NCBI GenBank assembly: GCA_963772835.1
Contig: CAVYYZ010000005.1
Location: forward strand, 32,001-96,000
Source: an uncultured delta proteobacterium
GTDB taxonomy: Bacteria > Desulfobacterota > Desulfuromonadia > Geobacterales > Pseudopelobacteraceae
Direction of reading: 5' to 3'
DNA length: 64,000 bases
The notes beneath the pieces are model-generated. The model was not told the origin of the DNA. It saw only the letters and a list, made by a program, of their open reading frames with translations, and ran no database searches. Each line of letters begins with the position of its first letter. Within the stretch, counting starts at the first letter, position 1. The translations under genes and the position numbers were made by a program. Of this stretch, positions 27,797 through 37,350 are shown piece after piece.

Positions 27797-29469
27797 TGCC
27801 TGTCCTCCCTTTTACCGCGGATCAAGGATTCCGGGTGCTGCTCCAGAAAATCGCTGAGTACTCGCAGCGACTGGGCAGCCCGTGACACTTCCCGTAACGT
27901 TTCGCGCAGGTCGAGCTGAACCGGCGCGTCGCCTGCAAGGACCTGATTCGCACCGTTCAGAGTCTTGCGCGCCTCGTCCAGTGTCTTCCTCACATCCTCA
28001 AGTGACTGCCGCGTCTCCTGTAATACCGTGCGTGCTTCAGGGACAATTACCCCGTCCACGTTCTTCAGGAGTTTATCGGCACTTTTCAGTGTGGCGTCAA
28101 GGGTCCGTATCGTTTTTCTTGCATCACCTGCCATCTCTTCAAGCGGCATTTTTTCAATCTTGGTGACGATCTGCATCAGTTTTTTCTGCAACTGGTCCAT
28201 GGAACCGGGGACAGCAGGAAACACGGGGGGGAGTATGTTCCAGTCGATTTTCGTCGCCGGTGCCGCGGGAAAGAAATCAAGCGCGACAAACAGCTGCCCG
28301 GTCAACAGATTACCGCTTTTGAGCTCCGCCCTGAAACCGTGTGCGACAAGCGAATCAAGCAGTATCCGGGAACCGGGCTGCTTGCCCGGCTTCAATGTAT
28401 TGCGCCGCTGCTCGCGTAACCGTTCCGGATAGATCTGTATCTCAACCGGGATGGAAAAGTCAGATTTTCCGGCGTTCAGGGCCACATCGATCTTTGTCAC
28501 TTCACCCACGATCACCCCCCGTAAATCCACCGGTGCACCGACAGTAAGGCCGCGTACCGATTCCTTGAACACGATGGTGAATGCCTCAACCGTTCCCGCG
28601 TGGTTCAACGCCTCGTTCTTGGTCGAGAACAAGGGGAAGACGCTGTCCGGTCCGGCGGGCTGTTCATCAAGATGGTCCTGCGGAGTTTGGAAGGATATCC
28701 CCCCAAGAAGAATCGAGACAATCGATTCCGTATTGATCTTCACGCCGCTGGCGTTGAAACTGAGGTCGACGCCGCTCGCATGCCAGAAGATGGAGTTGGT
28801 CTTGACATACGTATCAAACGGGGCCCGGATGAATGCTCTTATGGTGACTCCTTTGCCGTCCCGGTCCAGTTCGGTTGCGATAACCTGCCCCACCTGCATG
28901 CGGCGGTAGAAGATAGGAGATGAGGTGTCGAGCGAGCCGCCGTCGGCGGCATGCAGAACAAACTGGCGGCCCGGCACTTCCAGAGAAACAGCTGGCTGCG
29001 TCTCGAGACCGATGAATTTGTCCTGACTTTCAACCGATGTGCCGGCGTCGACGCCGATGTAGGATCCCCCGATCAGTGTGCTGAGGCCGGAAACATTGCC
29101 GCCCGAAATCCGGGCGCGAACCACCCAGAACCGGGTGTCCTTCACCAGGAGCCCCTTGACATCATTCGACAGTTCAGCGGTCACAACAACGTGAGACCGG
29201 TCCTTGGCGATGGCAAGCCCCTTGACCACGCCGATCTGTACGTCTTTGTACTTGATCTTGGTCTTGCCCGCCTCCATTCCGTCGCCGGATTTGAAGGTGA
29301 TCGTGATGGTCTCACCACGATCCATGATCGCTTTGACCGCAAGCGAAAGGCCGATGATTGCTGCGACGATGGGTATTATCCAGACAAGCTGAATTGAGAA
29401 TCGCCTCCTCGGTTCGCTGACTGCGTCGGGAATATCTGAATGTTCGGGATTTACGGGGGTATCGGTCAT
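27793..29469 (-). CDS. pqiB: PqiB (three MCE domains)
   Basis: VWIIPIVA, GKTKIKYKDVQIG, TRFWVVR, GLTVGAPVDLRG and PESLIRGK. Confidence 0.93.
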   Translation of the reverse strand: MTDTPVNPEHSDIPDAVSEPRRRFSIQLVWIIPIVAAIIGLSLAVKAIMDRGETITITFKSGDGMEAGKTKIKYKDVQIGVVKGLAIAKDRSHVVVTAELSNDVKGLLVKDTRFWVVRARISGGNVSGLSTLIGGSYIGVDAGTSVESQDKFIGLETQPAVSLEVPGRQFVLHAADGGSLDTSSPIFYRRMQVGQVIATELDRDGKGVTIRAFIRAPFDTYVKTNSIFWHASGVDLSFNASGVKINTESIVSILLGGISFQTPQDHLDEQPAGPDSVFPLFSTKNEALNHAGTVEAFTIVFKESVRGLTVGAPVDLRGVIVGEVTKIDVALNAGKSDFSIPVEIQIYPERLREQRRNTLKPGKQPGSRILLDSLVAHGFRAELKSGNLLTGQLFVALDFFPAAPATKIDWNILPPVFPAVPGSMDQLQKKLMQIVTKIEKMPLEEMAGDARKTIRTLDATLKSADKLLKNVDGVIVPEARTVLQETRQSLEDVRKTLDEARKTLNGANQVLAGDAPVQLDLRETLREVSRAAQSLRVLSDFLEQHPESLIRGKREDRQ

Positions 29470-30098
29470 GATATGCTCTCTTTCTGAAGGGGGTCCCAGA
29501 TCAGGCGTGGATCAAATTGCATGGACGCGAACATTGTCAGCACTACAACAGCGCCAAATGCTATAGCCGCCGGCCCGGCTTTTACCGTCGCCACGGGACC
29601 GAACTGCACCAGTGCGGCCAGGAGCGTCACCACGTAGATATCCAACATTGACCAGCGACCGACCAGTTCCACAAGACGGTAGAGCCGCGTACGCTGTTTC
29701 GGATGCCATCTGGAACGGCGCTGCACCGAAATGAGCAGCAGGGTGAGTGAAATGAGCTTTAGCAACGGAATCGTGATACTGGCAATGAATACGATGATGG
29801 CGATCACCCAGAAGCCTGTTCTCCAGAGTTCAACCACGCCGCTTATAATGGTGTCCTTACGGTAACTGAACAGCGACCCGGTCTCCATGATCGTCAGAAG
29901 GTTCGCGGGTATATACAGGAGATAAGCGGCAATCAGCAGTGCCCAGCAGCGCGGCACGCTGCCGGGCTTTCTGAAATGCAGGGAGGCGCCGCATCGGGGG
30001 CAGTGTGCCGCGACCGCCTCAGGCCCCAGCCTGGAAACGAGGTTGCAGACATGACAGGAGCAGAGACCCTGCGCGGCGGCGCTCACCGTCGGCTTCAT
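29466..30098 (-). CDS. pqiA: PqiA, C-terminal-half subunit
   Basis: Start MKPTVS at 30098 (ATGA overlap). CHVC...CPRC, LYIPANLL, GRWSMLD and FDPRLIWD. Confidence 0.9.
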   Translation of the reverse strand: MKPTVSAAAQGLCSCHVCNLVSRLGPEAVAAHCPRCGASLHFRKPGSVPRCWALLIAAYLLYIPANLLTIMETGSLFSYRKDTIISGVVELWRTGFWVIAIIVFIASITIPLLKLISLTLLLISVQRRSRWHPKQRTRLYRLVELVGRWSMLDIYVVTLLAALVQFGPVATVKAGPAAIAFGAVVVLTMFASMQFDPRLIWDPLQKESIS

Positions 30099-30730
30099 AA
30101 TGCAGCCGGACCCGCGGCCGGTTTCCTCTCCAGGCGGGCCCAGACGTCGCGGGCGCTGAACGATGCGGCGGCGGCGGACAACATAATAGTCAAGCATCCG
30201 AAAGACCAGAGAGCAACACCCGGAATAACTTTGAACGAGCCGGTGAGCTTCACCAGCGAAACCAGCACGGCGAGCATGAGCACTTCGACCATGCCCCACG
30301 GTTCGACTGCCCGCATCATGCGCAAAATAACCGCATATCCGGCGGGAACGCGTTGAAATTTGAGCGGCAGCAGCAGATAGATCATCGTGATAAGTTCCAG
30401 TGACGGTATGATGATTGTGGTAAGAAAAACAAATATCGAAATAAGCTGCATCTGCTGATCCCAGAGTGAATTCACGGCGCCTGCAAGGTTGATTGACCTG
30501 AGGGATCCCTGAACCTCGATTGCGAAGAGGGGAAAGACATTGGCAATCACAAACAGCACGGCGGCGGCCAGGGTATAGGTGAGCGTGCGGTTGACACTGT
30601 CGGTGGCGTTTCGATACAGGACCGAACCGCATCGACTGCAGCTGGCAGCACATCCCGGTTTGAGGAAAATTTCCTGCTGGAGCAGGTCGCAGTGATGGCA
30701 GGCAATGAGTTGTGTGCGATAAGAGGACAT
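30095..30730 (-). CDS. pqiA: PqiA, N-terminal-half subunit
   Basis: ACHHCDLL...CSRCG, IANVFP and PWGMVEV. Confidence 0.9.
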   Translation of the reverse strand: MSSYRTQLIACHHCDLLQQEIFLKPGCAASCSRCGSVLYRNATDSVNRTLTYTLAAAVLFVIANVFPLFAIEVQGSLRSINLAGAVNSLWDQQMQLISIFVFLTTIIIPSLELITMIYLLLPLKFQRVPAGYAVILRMMRAVEPWGMVEVLMLAVLVSLVKLTGSFKVIPGVALWSFGCLTIMLSAAAASFSARDVWARLERKPAAGPAAL

Positions 30731-30981
30731 CCGTTAAACCGTACCTTTTCAGTGTGATTCCGTAGAACGTGCGACTGCGTGGAGCGCACTCCGGTGCAGC
30801 ACACCGGCGATCCACACTCCTGGCTTAGTGCTCGATTTTTACAGTATTATATGAAAACAGGCAAGGAGCATTTCCAGCCCGCAGGTCGTCATCCCGGATC
30901 CCGGCAGTGTTTACCCGTCAGGATCAATTCCCTCCATGCGAGGCTTTGCATGTGGCAATTCCAACCTATACCCTCATCCCC

Positions 30982-31398
30982 CTACCCTCCGATAATCTTC
31001 ACCAGCACCCGCTTGCGACGCCTGCCGTCGAACTCACCGTAGAAGATCTGCTCCCACGGACCCAGGTCGAGTTTACCGGCGGTTACCGCCACCACAACCT
31101 CCCGTCCCATAATTGTTCTTTTGAGGTGGGCATCAGCATTGTCCTCATAACCGTTGTGATGGTAACGGGAATACGGTTTCTCCGGGGCCAGCTCTTCGAG
31201 CCATGCTTCAAAATCCTGATGCAGGCCGGATTCATCATCGTTTATGAACACACTGGCCGTGATATGCATGGCGTTGCAGAGCAGAATCCCGTCCGTAATG
31301 CCGCTTTCACTCAAACATTCCGAAATATGCGGCGTTATATTGATCATTTCACGCCGGCGACCGGTTTCAAACCATAACTCCTTCCGATACGACTTCAT
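30982..31398 (-). CDS. yjbQ: YjbQ/UPF0047 family protein
   Basis: [17 protein letters not shown] and [14 protein letters not shown]. Confidence 0.92.
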   Translation of the reverse strand: MKSYRKELWFETGRRREMINITPHISECLSESGITDGILLCNAMHITASVFINDDESGLHQDFEAWLEELAPEKPYSRYHHNGYEDNADAHLKRTIMGREVVVAVTAGKLDLGPWEQIFYGEFDGRRRKRVLVKIIGG

Positions 31399-31404
31399 GG
31401 CACA

Positions 31405-34053
31405 TCACCCTTTCAGACTTTTGGTCACGACTTCATAGACATCCCGCGGCAGATCGGGAACAGCCAGTATCCGTCGCAACTCCTGCTGCATCAGAACACT
31501 CCGCCCGCTCTCAAAGCGTCGCCAGACCGTCAACGGGCCCAGCAGACGGGCCGATACCTGCGGATTGACAGGAATCAACCGCAGCAGCTGATCGGCCAGA
31601 AAACGGTACCCGGCACCGCCCGGTTCGTGGAAACGAACCTGATTACCCTGGCTGAATGCTCCGACCAGGGAGCGGAAACGATTGGGGTTGGTCAGCTCAA
31701 AAGCCGGATGAACCAACAGTTCCTGGATCTCGTCCAACACCCCGGGAAGGATTGAGCCGGCCTGGAGTGAAAACCATTTGTCTACCACAAGACGATCCCC
31801 CTTCCAGCGACGGTAGAAATCCTCCAGAACATCCTTCCGTTCCGGGCAATGGCAGGAAACAAGCGGCGCCAGCGCACCGATGCTGTCGGTCATATTGTCT
31901 GCCCGGCGGTACTGCTGCAGACAGAGATCGATCTCACCCTGTCCGGCATTGCTCATCAGGTAGGCGAGACAGAGGCTGCCCAGACGCCGGGCACCGGAAC
32001 GGCCGTCATCCGGCGCATACGGGGATTCGTTCAGGCAGAGTTCCCGCAGCGCCAGAAATTCATCCCTGAAACATGCTGCAAGCGAACGGATCACGAACTG
32101 CCGGGCGGCGTGTAGTGCCGCAGGATCAACAACAGAGACCAGTTCGGCAAGATATTTCTCCGACGGCAGAGTCAGCGTCTCGGCCAGAAAGGCGCGATCA
32201 GAATGTCCGCCGGTCAGAGTAGTCTTAAAAGATGAGGCAAAAGCCGGATCAAGTGCCAGCTCCCTGCCCTGCTGCCAGTCGGCAGTCAGACCGAGAATAA
32301 CCTTTACTGCCATCAACTGTCCCGCCTCCCAGCGGCAGTAGGGGTCAGGTTCATGAGCTGACAACAGTGCCAGCTGATCATGCCGGTAGGGGTACTCAAT
32401 CTTGACCGGCGCGGAGAAACTCCGCAGCAGTGACGGTGTCGGCTCTTCGTCAAGGCCGGTGAAACAGAATGACTCATCCTCAGAACGGAGATGGAGAACC
32501 CGCGAGGTAGCGGTTACGGGGACATCATCGACCAGGCTGAGCGGGAGCTGCTGCCCGTGCCGATCGAGCAGACCAAGACTCAGCGGGATATGGAGCAGCT
32601 TCTTGTCCGGCTGACCGGGAGTGGCAGGACAGCTCTGTCTGATATGCAGGGTGAATGTTTTGTCGACGGCATTATAGAGGCCGCGTACCGCAAGGTGCGG
32701 AGTTCCGGCCTGGCTGTACCAGCGGGAGAATTGGCCGAGATCGATTGCTCCCGCCTCGGCCATGGTCTCTACGAAGTCATCGACCGTCACCGCCTGTCCG
32801 TCGAAACGTTTAAAATAGAGATCCATCCCGCGCCGGAACCGCTCCGCTCCGAGCATCGTATGCTGCATCCGGACAAGCTCGGCTCCTTTATTGTAAACAG
32901 TCGATGTGTAGAAATTATTGATTTCGATGTACGAATCCGGGCGCACCGGATGGGCCATCGGGCCGCCATCTTCGGCAAACTGGGATGTCCGAAGAGCCCG
33001 CACATCTTCGATCCGCTTTACCCCTCGTGACTGCATGTCGGAGGAAAATTCCTGATCGCGAAAAACAGTCAGTCCTTCTTTCAGGGAGAGCTGGAACCAG
33101 TCACGACAGGTCACCCGGTTTCCGCTCCAGTTATGAAAATATTCGTGGCCGATCACCTCTTCGATGGCGCGATAGTCGTTGTCAGTGGCGGAAGCCGGAC
33201 TGGCGAGGACATAGCAGGAGTTGAAGACATTGAGCCCCTTGTTTTCCATCGCCCCCATATTGAAATCATCAACCGCCACGATCATATAGCGGTCAAGATC
33301 ATACTCCCGGCCGAAAACCTCTTCATCCCAGCGCATCGCCTTTTTGAGAGAGCGCATCGCATGGTCGCACTTGTCACTGTTCTGTTTCTCCACATAGATC
33401 TGCAGCGTTACGTTTCTTCCGGAACAGGTAGTGAAACTGTCTTCGATGCAGACCAGATCTCCCGCCACCAGGGCGAACAGGTAGCTCGGCTTTTTAAACG
33501 GGTCATGCCATACCGCAAAGTGTCGGCCGCCAGCAAGATCACCTGAGGCCTTCAGGTTGCCGTTGGAGAGCAGAACCGGATAGCGCTGGCGGTCGGCAAT
33601 GATGGTGGTGGTGAAGAGCGTCAGCACATCCGGACGGTCAGGATAATAGGTGATGGCACGAAACCCCTCAGCTTCACATTGGGTACAGAACATACCGGAC
33701 GAACGGTAGAGACCTTCCAGAGAGGTATTGTCCTGCGGCCGGAGAATAGTCTGCACCTCAAGTGTGAATTCTTCGGGGACCTCATGGATGGTCAGCAGTT
33801 CACTTGTAACACAGTAACGGCCCGGATCGAGCGTTACCCTGTTAAGCTTCAGATACGACAGGACAAGATGTTTTCCATTCAGGACAAGCGGGCGTTTACC
33901 GAGAGACGTGTCGTACGCAACCCTGAGAACAAGACGGGCGGTGACGATGGTACTGTCGTCACCAAGTTCAAAGCGGAGGTCAATACTGTCGACATGGTAA
34001 TCAGGAGCGGCATATTCTGTTCGATACACAGTGCGGTGAGCGGTTTCAGTCAT
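31405..34053 (-). CDS. pepN: Aminopeptidase N
   Basis: GAMENKG, HEYFHNW zinc motif and TVYNKGAE. Confidence 0.97.
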   Translation of the reverse strand: MTETAHRTVYRTEYAAPDYHVDSIDLRFELGDDSTIVTARLVLRVAYDTSLGKRPLVLNGKHLVLSYLKLNRVTLDPGRYCVTSELLTIHEVPEEFTLEVQTILRPQDNTSLEGLYRSSGMFCTQCEAEGFRAITYYPDRPDVLTLFTTTIIADRQRYPVLLSNGNLKASGDLAGGRHFAVWHDPFKKPSYLFALVAGDLVCIEDSFTTCSGRNVTLQIYVEKQNSDKCDHAMRSLKKAMRWDEEVFGREYDLDRYMIVAVDDFNMGAMENKGLNVFNSCYVLASPASATDNDYRAIEEVIGHEYFHNWSGNRVTCRDWFQLSLKEGLTVFRDQEFSSDMQSRGVKRIEDVRALRTSQFAEDGGPMAHPVRPDSYIEINNFYTSTVYNKGAELVRMQHTMLGAERFRRGMDLYFKRFDGQAVTVDDFVETMAEAGAIDLGQFSRWYSQAGTPHLAVRGLYNAVDKTFTLHIRQSCPATPGQPDKKLLHIPLSLGLLDRHGQQLPLSLVDDVPVTATSRVLHLRSEDESFCFTGLDEEPTPSLLRSFSAPVKIEYPYRHDQLALLSAHEPDPYCRWEAGQLMAVKVILGLTADWQQGRELALDPAFASSFKTTLTGGHSDRAFLAETLTLPSEKYLAELVSVVDPAALHAARQFVIRSLAACFRDEFLALRELCLNESPYAPDDGRSGARRLGSLCLAYLMSNAGQGEIDLCLQQYRRADNMTDSIGALAPLVSCHCPERKDVLEDFYRRWKGDRLVVDKWFSLQAGSILPGVLDEIQELLVHPAFELTNPNRFRSLVGAFSQGNQVRFHEPGGAGYRFLADQLLRLIPVNPQVSARLLGPLTVWRRFESGRSVLMQQELRRILAVPDLPRDVYEVVTKSLKG

Positions 34054-34210
34054 TCAGGTCATCCAATCCACAATTGATAGTTTGGTACGGGTTACGGAAT
34101 TATTTTAAAAATAACACAATCATCTGCATCATATTCATTATTTTTATTGGTAACCACATCACGATTCTGGTAACAGTTACCGCAGGTAACAAGTTAAAGG
34201 AGGGTGGCCG

Positions 34211-34792
34211 ATGGAAGAAACAATAACATTCTGGCTCGACAACAAGATATCATCCGGCTTCAAGGTGGCTGAAATCGGCAGTCAGGCTCTCGTGTCGTAT
34301 CGCGACAAGTACTATATTGTTGTCGGCGGAGCGGCACTGATGAAGGGTGTCAGGCCGCTGCACTACTCGAAGACATCGATGCCGCTGCAGTGGAAAAAAG
34401 CGCTGAAAGGTATTCTGCCTCCTCCGGCACCCATTTTCGAACATCCAGAAGATGATTTTCTTCCGATTACTACGTCGACAAAAAAGGAGCGAACTGTTAT
34501 GCCGAAAAGTACTTCTTCACTTCAAGAACAGCCCGAAGACCAGCTGCAGGCTGTAAAGCCTGTTTTCCCCGCAGCCAAAAAGTCCTCAGCAGCCGATATG
34601 AAGCCGGTCAAAATCGTCCAGACCGTTGTCGCTGCAACCTGTCCCTACTGCAGTCACAAGCAGGAACTGCCGTTGGATAAAGGGAAAAACGGCAAGCCGT
34701 TTTTTGTGACCTGCGTCAGATGCAGCACTGACTATGCCGTCCGCTATGTACAGGTGACGATGTATCAAGCCCAGATAGCGGCTTTTAAGTAA
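34211..34792 (+). CDS. Hypothetical protein with C-terminal zinc ribbon
   Basis: SD AAGGAGG; CPYC...CVRC. Confidence 0.75.
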   Translation: MEETITFWLDNKISSGFKVAEIGSQALVSYRDKYYIVVGGAALMKGVRPLHYSKTSMPLQWKKALKGILPPPAPIFEHPEDDFLPITTSTKKERTVMPKSTSSLQEQPEDQLQAVKPVFPAAKKSSAADMKPVKIVQTVVAATCPYCSHKQELPLDKGKNGKPFFVTCVRCSTDYAVRYVQVTMYQAQIAAFK

Positions 34793-34794
34793 TT

Positions 34795-34901
34795 CCTCCC
34801 CTCCCTTGACGGGAGGGGATTGAGGGGTGGGTGAATTAGCCACGAAGCGGTACAATGCAACCTCCCCCGCCCCCTAGCCCCCTCCCGCAAGGGGCGGGGG
34901 A
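34795..34901. repeat. GC-rich REP-like inverted repeat pair
   Basis: CCCCTCCCTTGACGGGAGGGGATTGAGGGGTGGG and a similar inverted copy CCCGCCCCCTAGCCCCCTCCCGCAAGGGGCGGGGG, each with an internal hairpin. Confidence 0.65.
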
Positions 34902-34923
34902 ACATTTTCTCAGGAGCAATCAT

Positions 34924-35412
34924 ATGAACAACAACGACATCTTACGCCGGGTACGCTACGCCCTCGATATCAGCAACCCCGGCATGATCGATATTTTTAA
35001 ATTGTCCGGCTGCACGCTGGAACTCCCCACCCTGCTCAAACTGCTGAAGAAAGAAGAGGAAGAGGAGTTTATTGCCTGCAGCAATCCTCTGCTCTCATTT
35101 TTTCTGGATGGCCTGATCATACACAAAAGAGGCCGCAGGGAATCGGACGCAGGGGAGTTGCCGAAACCGGATTCATCGCTTAACAATAATGCCATCCTGA
35201 AAAAGTTGCGTATTGCACTCGATCTGAAAGAGGATGACATGCGTGCGATTATGGGACTTGCGGGTGTTGCACTGTCAAAATCAGAACTGAGCGCCCTGTT
35301 CAGAAACAAAGGGCACAAACATTTTAAAGAGTGCGGCGATCAGTTTCTCAGAAACTTCCTGCAGGGTTTGACGACCCGAAACAGAGGGAAAACCCCTGAG
35401 AACGTATCATAG
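34924..35412 (+). CDS. DUF1456 (YehS) family protein
   Basis: MNNNDILRRVRYALD, NNAILKKLRIAL and CGDQFLRNFLQGL. Confidence 0.93.
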   Translation: MNNNDILRRVRYALDISNPGMIDIFKLSGCTLELPTLLKLLKKEEEEEFIACSNPLLSFFLDGLIIHKRGRRESDAGELPKPDSSLNNNAILKKLRIALDLKEDDMRAIMGLAGVALSKSELSALFRNKGHKHFKECGDQFLRNFLQGLTTRNRGKTPENVS

Positions 35413-35451
35413 CTTTTCACTGGTAAATGTTTACCGGCGCAGGCATTTCGT

Positions 35452-35480
35452 TTGACACATCATGCTTTCTATATTATTCT
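35452..35480 (+). promoter_or_regulatory. sigma70-type promoter for ilvD
   Basis: TTGACA-17 nt-TATTCT. Confidence 0.5.
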
Positions 35481-35550
35481 TCAAAACCCGTAAAATCTTA
35501 CCAATAAAGGGTTTAGCGGTATCAAACCAGCTCATTCCAAGGACATTCAT

Positions 35551-37212
35551 ATGCGTAGTGATATGATAAAAAAAGGACTCGAACGGACACCTCACCGCGC
35601 CCTTCTGAAAGGGACCGGCGTCCCCCAGAGCCAGATGGACAAGCCGTTTATCGGTGTTGCAACCAGCTTTACCGACCTGATCCCCGGACATGTCGGTATG
35701 CGCGACCTGGAGCGCTTCATTGAAAAGGGCGTCCACACCGGCGGCGGGCATTCCTTCTTCTTCGGCATCCCCGGTGTCTGTGACGGCATGGCGATGGGGC
35801 ACAAGGGGATGCACTACTCCCTCCCGACCCGTGAACTGATTGCGGATATGGTAGAGTCCGTGGCTGAGGCGCATCGCCTGGACGGCCTGGTGCTGCTGAC
35901 CAACTGCGACAAAATTACCCCCGGGATGCTGATGGCGGCTGCCCGGCTCAACATCCCGTGCATCGTCGTCACCGCCGGTCCGATGATGAGCGGCCGCGGC
36001 ACTGCCGGACGTAAATATTCCTTCGTCTCCGATACTTTTGAGGCGATGGCACGCTACAAGGCCGGAGTCATCAATGACAAGGAACTGCAGGTCTGTGAGG
36101 ACAACGCATGCCCCGGCATGGGTTCCTGCCAGGGGCTCTTTACCGCCAATACCATGGCTATTCTCACCGAAACAATGGGGATGAGCCTGCCCCGCTGCGG
36201 AACCGCCCTTGCGGTTTCAGCGCTTAAACGCCGCATCGCCTTTGCCTCCGGTGAAAAGATCGTCGAACTGGTACACAACGACGTCAAACCGCGCGACATC
36301 CTGACCCGTGCGGCTTTTGAAAACGCTATCCGCGTTGACCTGGCCCTCGGCGGCTCCTCCAATACCGTGCTGCACCTGCTGGCCATTGCCCACGAAGCTG
36401 GTGTTGACCTGCCGCTGGAGCTGTTTGATGTACTCGGAAAAGATACACCCCAGCTGGCGTCGATGAATCCGGCCGGTGAGCATTTCATGGAAGATCTGGA
36501 CATCGCCGGAGGGGTCAGCGGTGTCATGAAACAGCTTGGAAACAAAATTATCGATACGCCCACACTGTTCGGTCTGACCACGCATCAGCTGGCAGACAGC
36601 ATCCAGAATGTAGACGAGGAGGTTATCCGCCCGCTTGGGAACCCGATAAAGAAGGAAGGTGGCATCGCCATCCTCTCCGGAAATATCGCTCCCAAAGGGG
36701 CCGTCGTCAAGCAGTCGGGCGTTTCCGACGCGATGATGAATTTTGAAGGCACGGCCCGCTGTTTTGATGCGGAAGAGCTGGCGATGGCGGCCATCATGGA
36801 AGGAAAGATCAAATCCGGTGATGTTGTCGTCATCCGCTATGAAGGTCCTAAAGGGGGCCCCGGCATGCGCGAAATGCTGGCCCCCACAGCCGCCATCATG
36901 GGAATGGGCCTGGGAGACAGCGTCGCTCTGATCACTGACGGACGGTTTTCGGGCGGTACCCGCGGCCCCTGTATCGGGCATATTTCACCCGAAGCGGCCG
37001 AAGGTGGTCCGATCGCCCTGGTGGTGGATGGCGACAGAATCCTGCTCGACATCCCGAACCGCCGGCTGGAACTGCTGGTGGACGACGCGACACTGGCACT
37101 GCGCCGGACGGAGTGGAAGGCACCGGAGCCGAAGATCAAGGGTGGCTGGCTGGCACGCTACGCCAAGGTCGTCACGTCGGCCCACACCGGAGCAATAACA
37201 ACGGCAGATTAG
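35551..37212 (+). CDS. ilvD: Dihydroxy-acid dehydratase
   Basis: [25 protein letters not shown] and ITDGRFSGG. Confidence 0.97.
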   Translation: MRSDMIKKGLERTPHRALLKGTGVPQSQMDKPFIGVATSFTDLIPGHVGMRDLERFIEKGVHTGGGHSFFFGIPGVCDGMAMGHKGMHYSLPTRELIADMVESVAEAHRLDGLVLLTNCDKITPGMLMAAARLNIPCIVVTAGPMMSGRGTAGRKYSFVSDTFEAMARYKAGVINDKELQVCEDNACPGMGSCQGLFTANTMAILTETMGMSLPRCGTALAVSALKRRIAFASGEKIVELVHNDVKPRDILTRAAFENAIRVDLALGGSSNTVLHLLAIAHEAGVDLPLELFDVLGKDTPQLASMNPAGEHFMEDLDIAGGVSGVMKQLGNKIIDTPTLFGLTTHQLADSIQNVDEEVIRPLGNPIKKEGGIAILSGNIAPKGAVVKQSGVSDAMMNFEGTARCFDAEELAMAAIMEGKIKSGDVVVIRYEGPKGGPGMREMLAPTAAIMGMGLGDSVALITDGRFSGGTRGPCIGHISPEAAEGGPIALVVDGDRILLDIPNRRLELLVDDATLALRRTEWKAPEPKIKGGWLARYAKVVTSAHTGAITTAD

Positions 37213-37217
37213 TAAGA

Positions 37218-37286
37218 TAGAAGTTAATTTCTGCATTTTTCCGGCAGAAAACACTTCGTAAACGCACGTATCCAGTTTATCTGGGC
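37218..37286 (+). promoter_or_regulatory. Two-hairpin element, copy 1 (candidate cis-regulatory RNA)
   Basis: Shares the exact 24-mer AACGCACGTATCCAGTTTATCTGG (37261-37284) and an upstream CTGC/GCAG stem with 40859-40927. Confidence 0.55.
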
Positions 37287-37350
37287 TAAATACAACAGTC
37301 ATCCACCTCCACACGTGAGGTGTGTACTTAACAGAACCCTGAGGTTACTT

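Noticed and set aside
30099..30815. N-terminal extension of the 449-aa pqiA ORF
   Set aside because: It overlaps the other pqiA gene in a different frame. The real start is 30098 with an ATGA overlap; split pqiA is a known arrangement.
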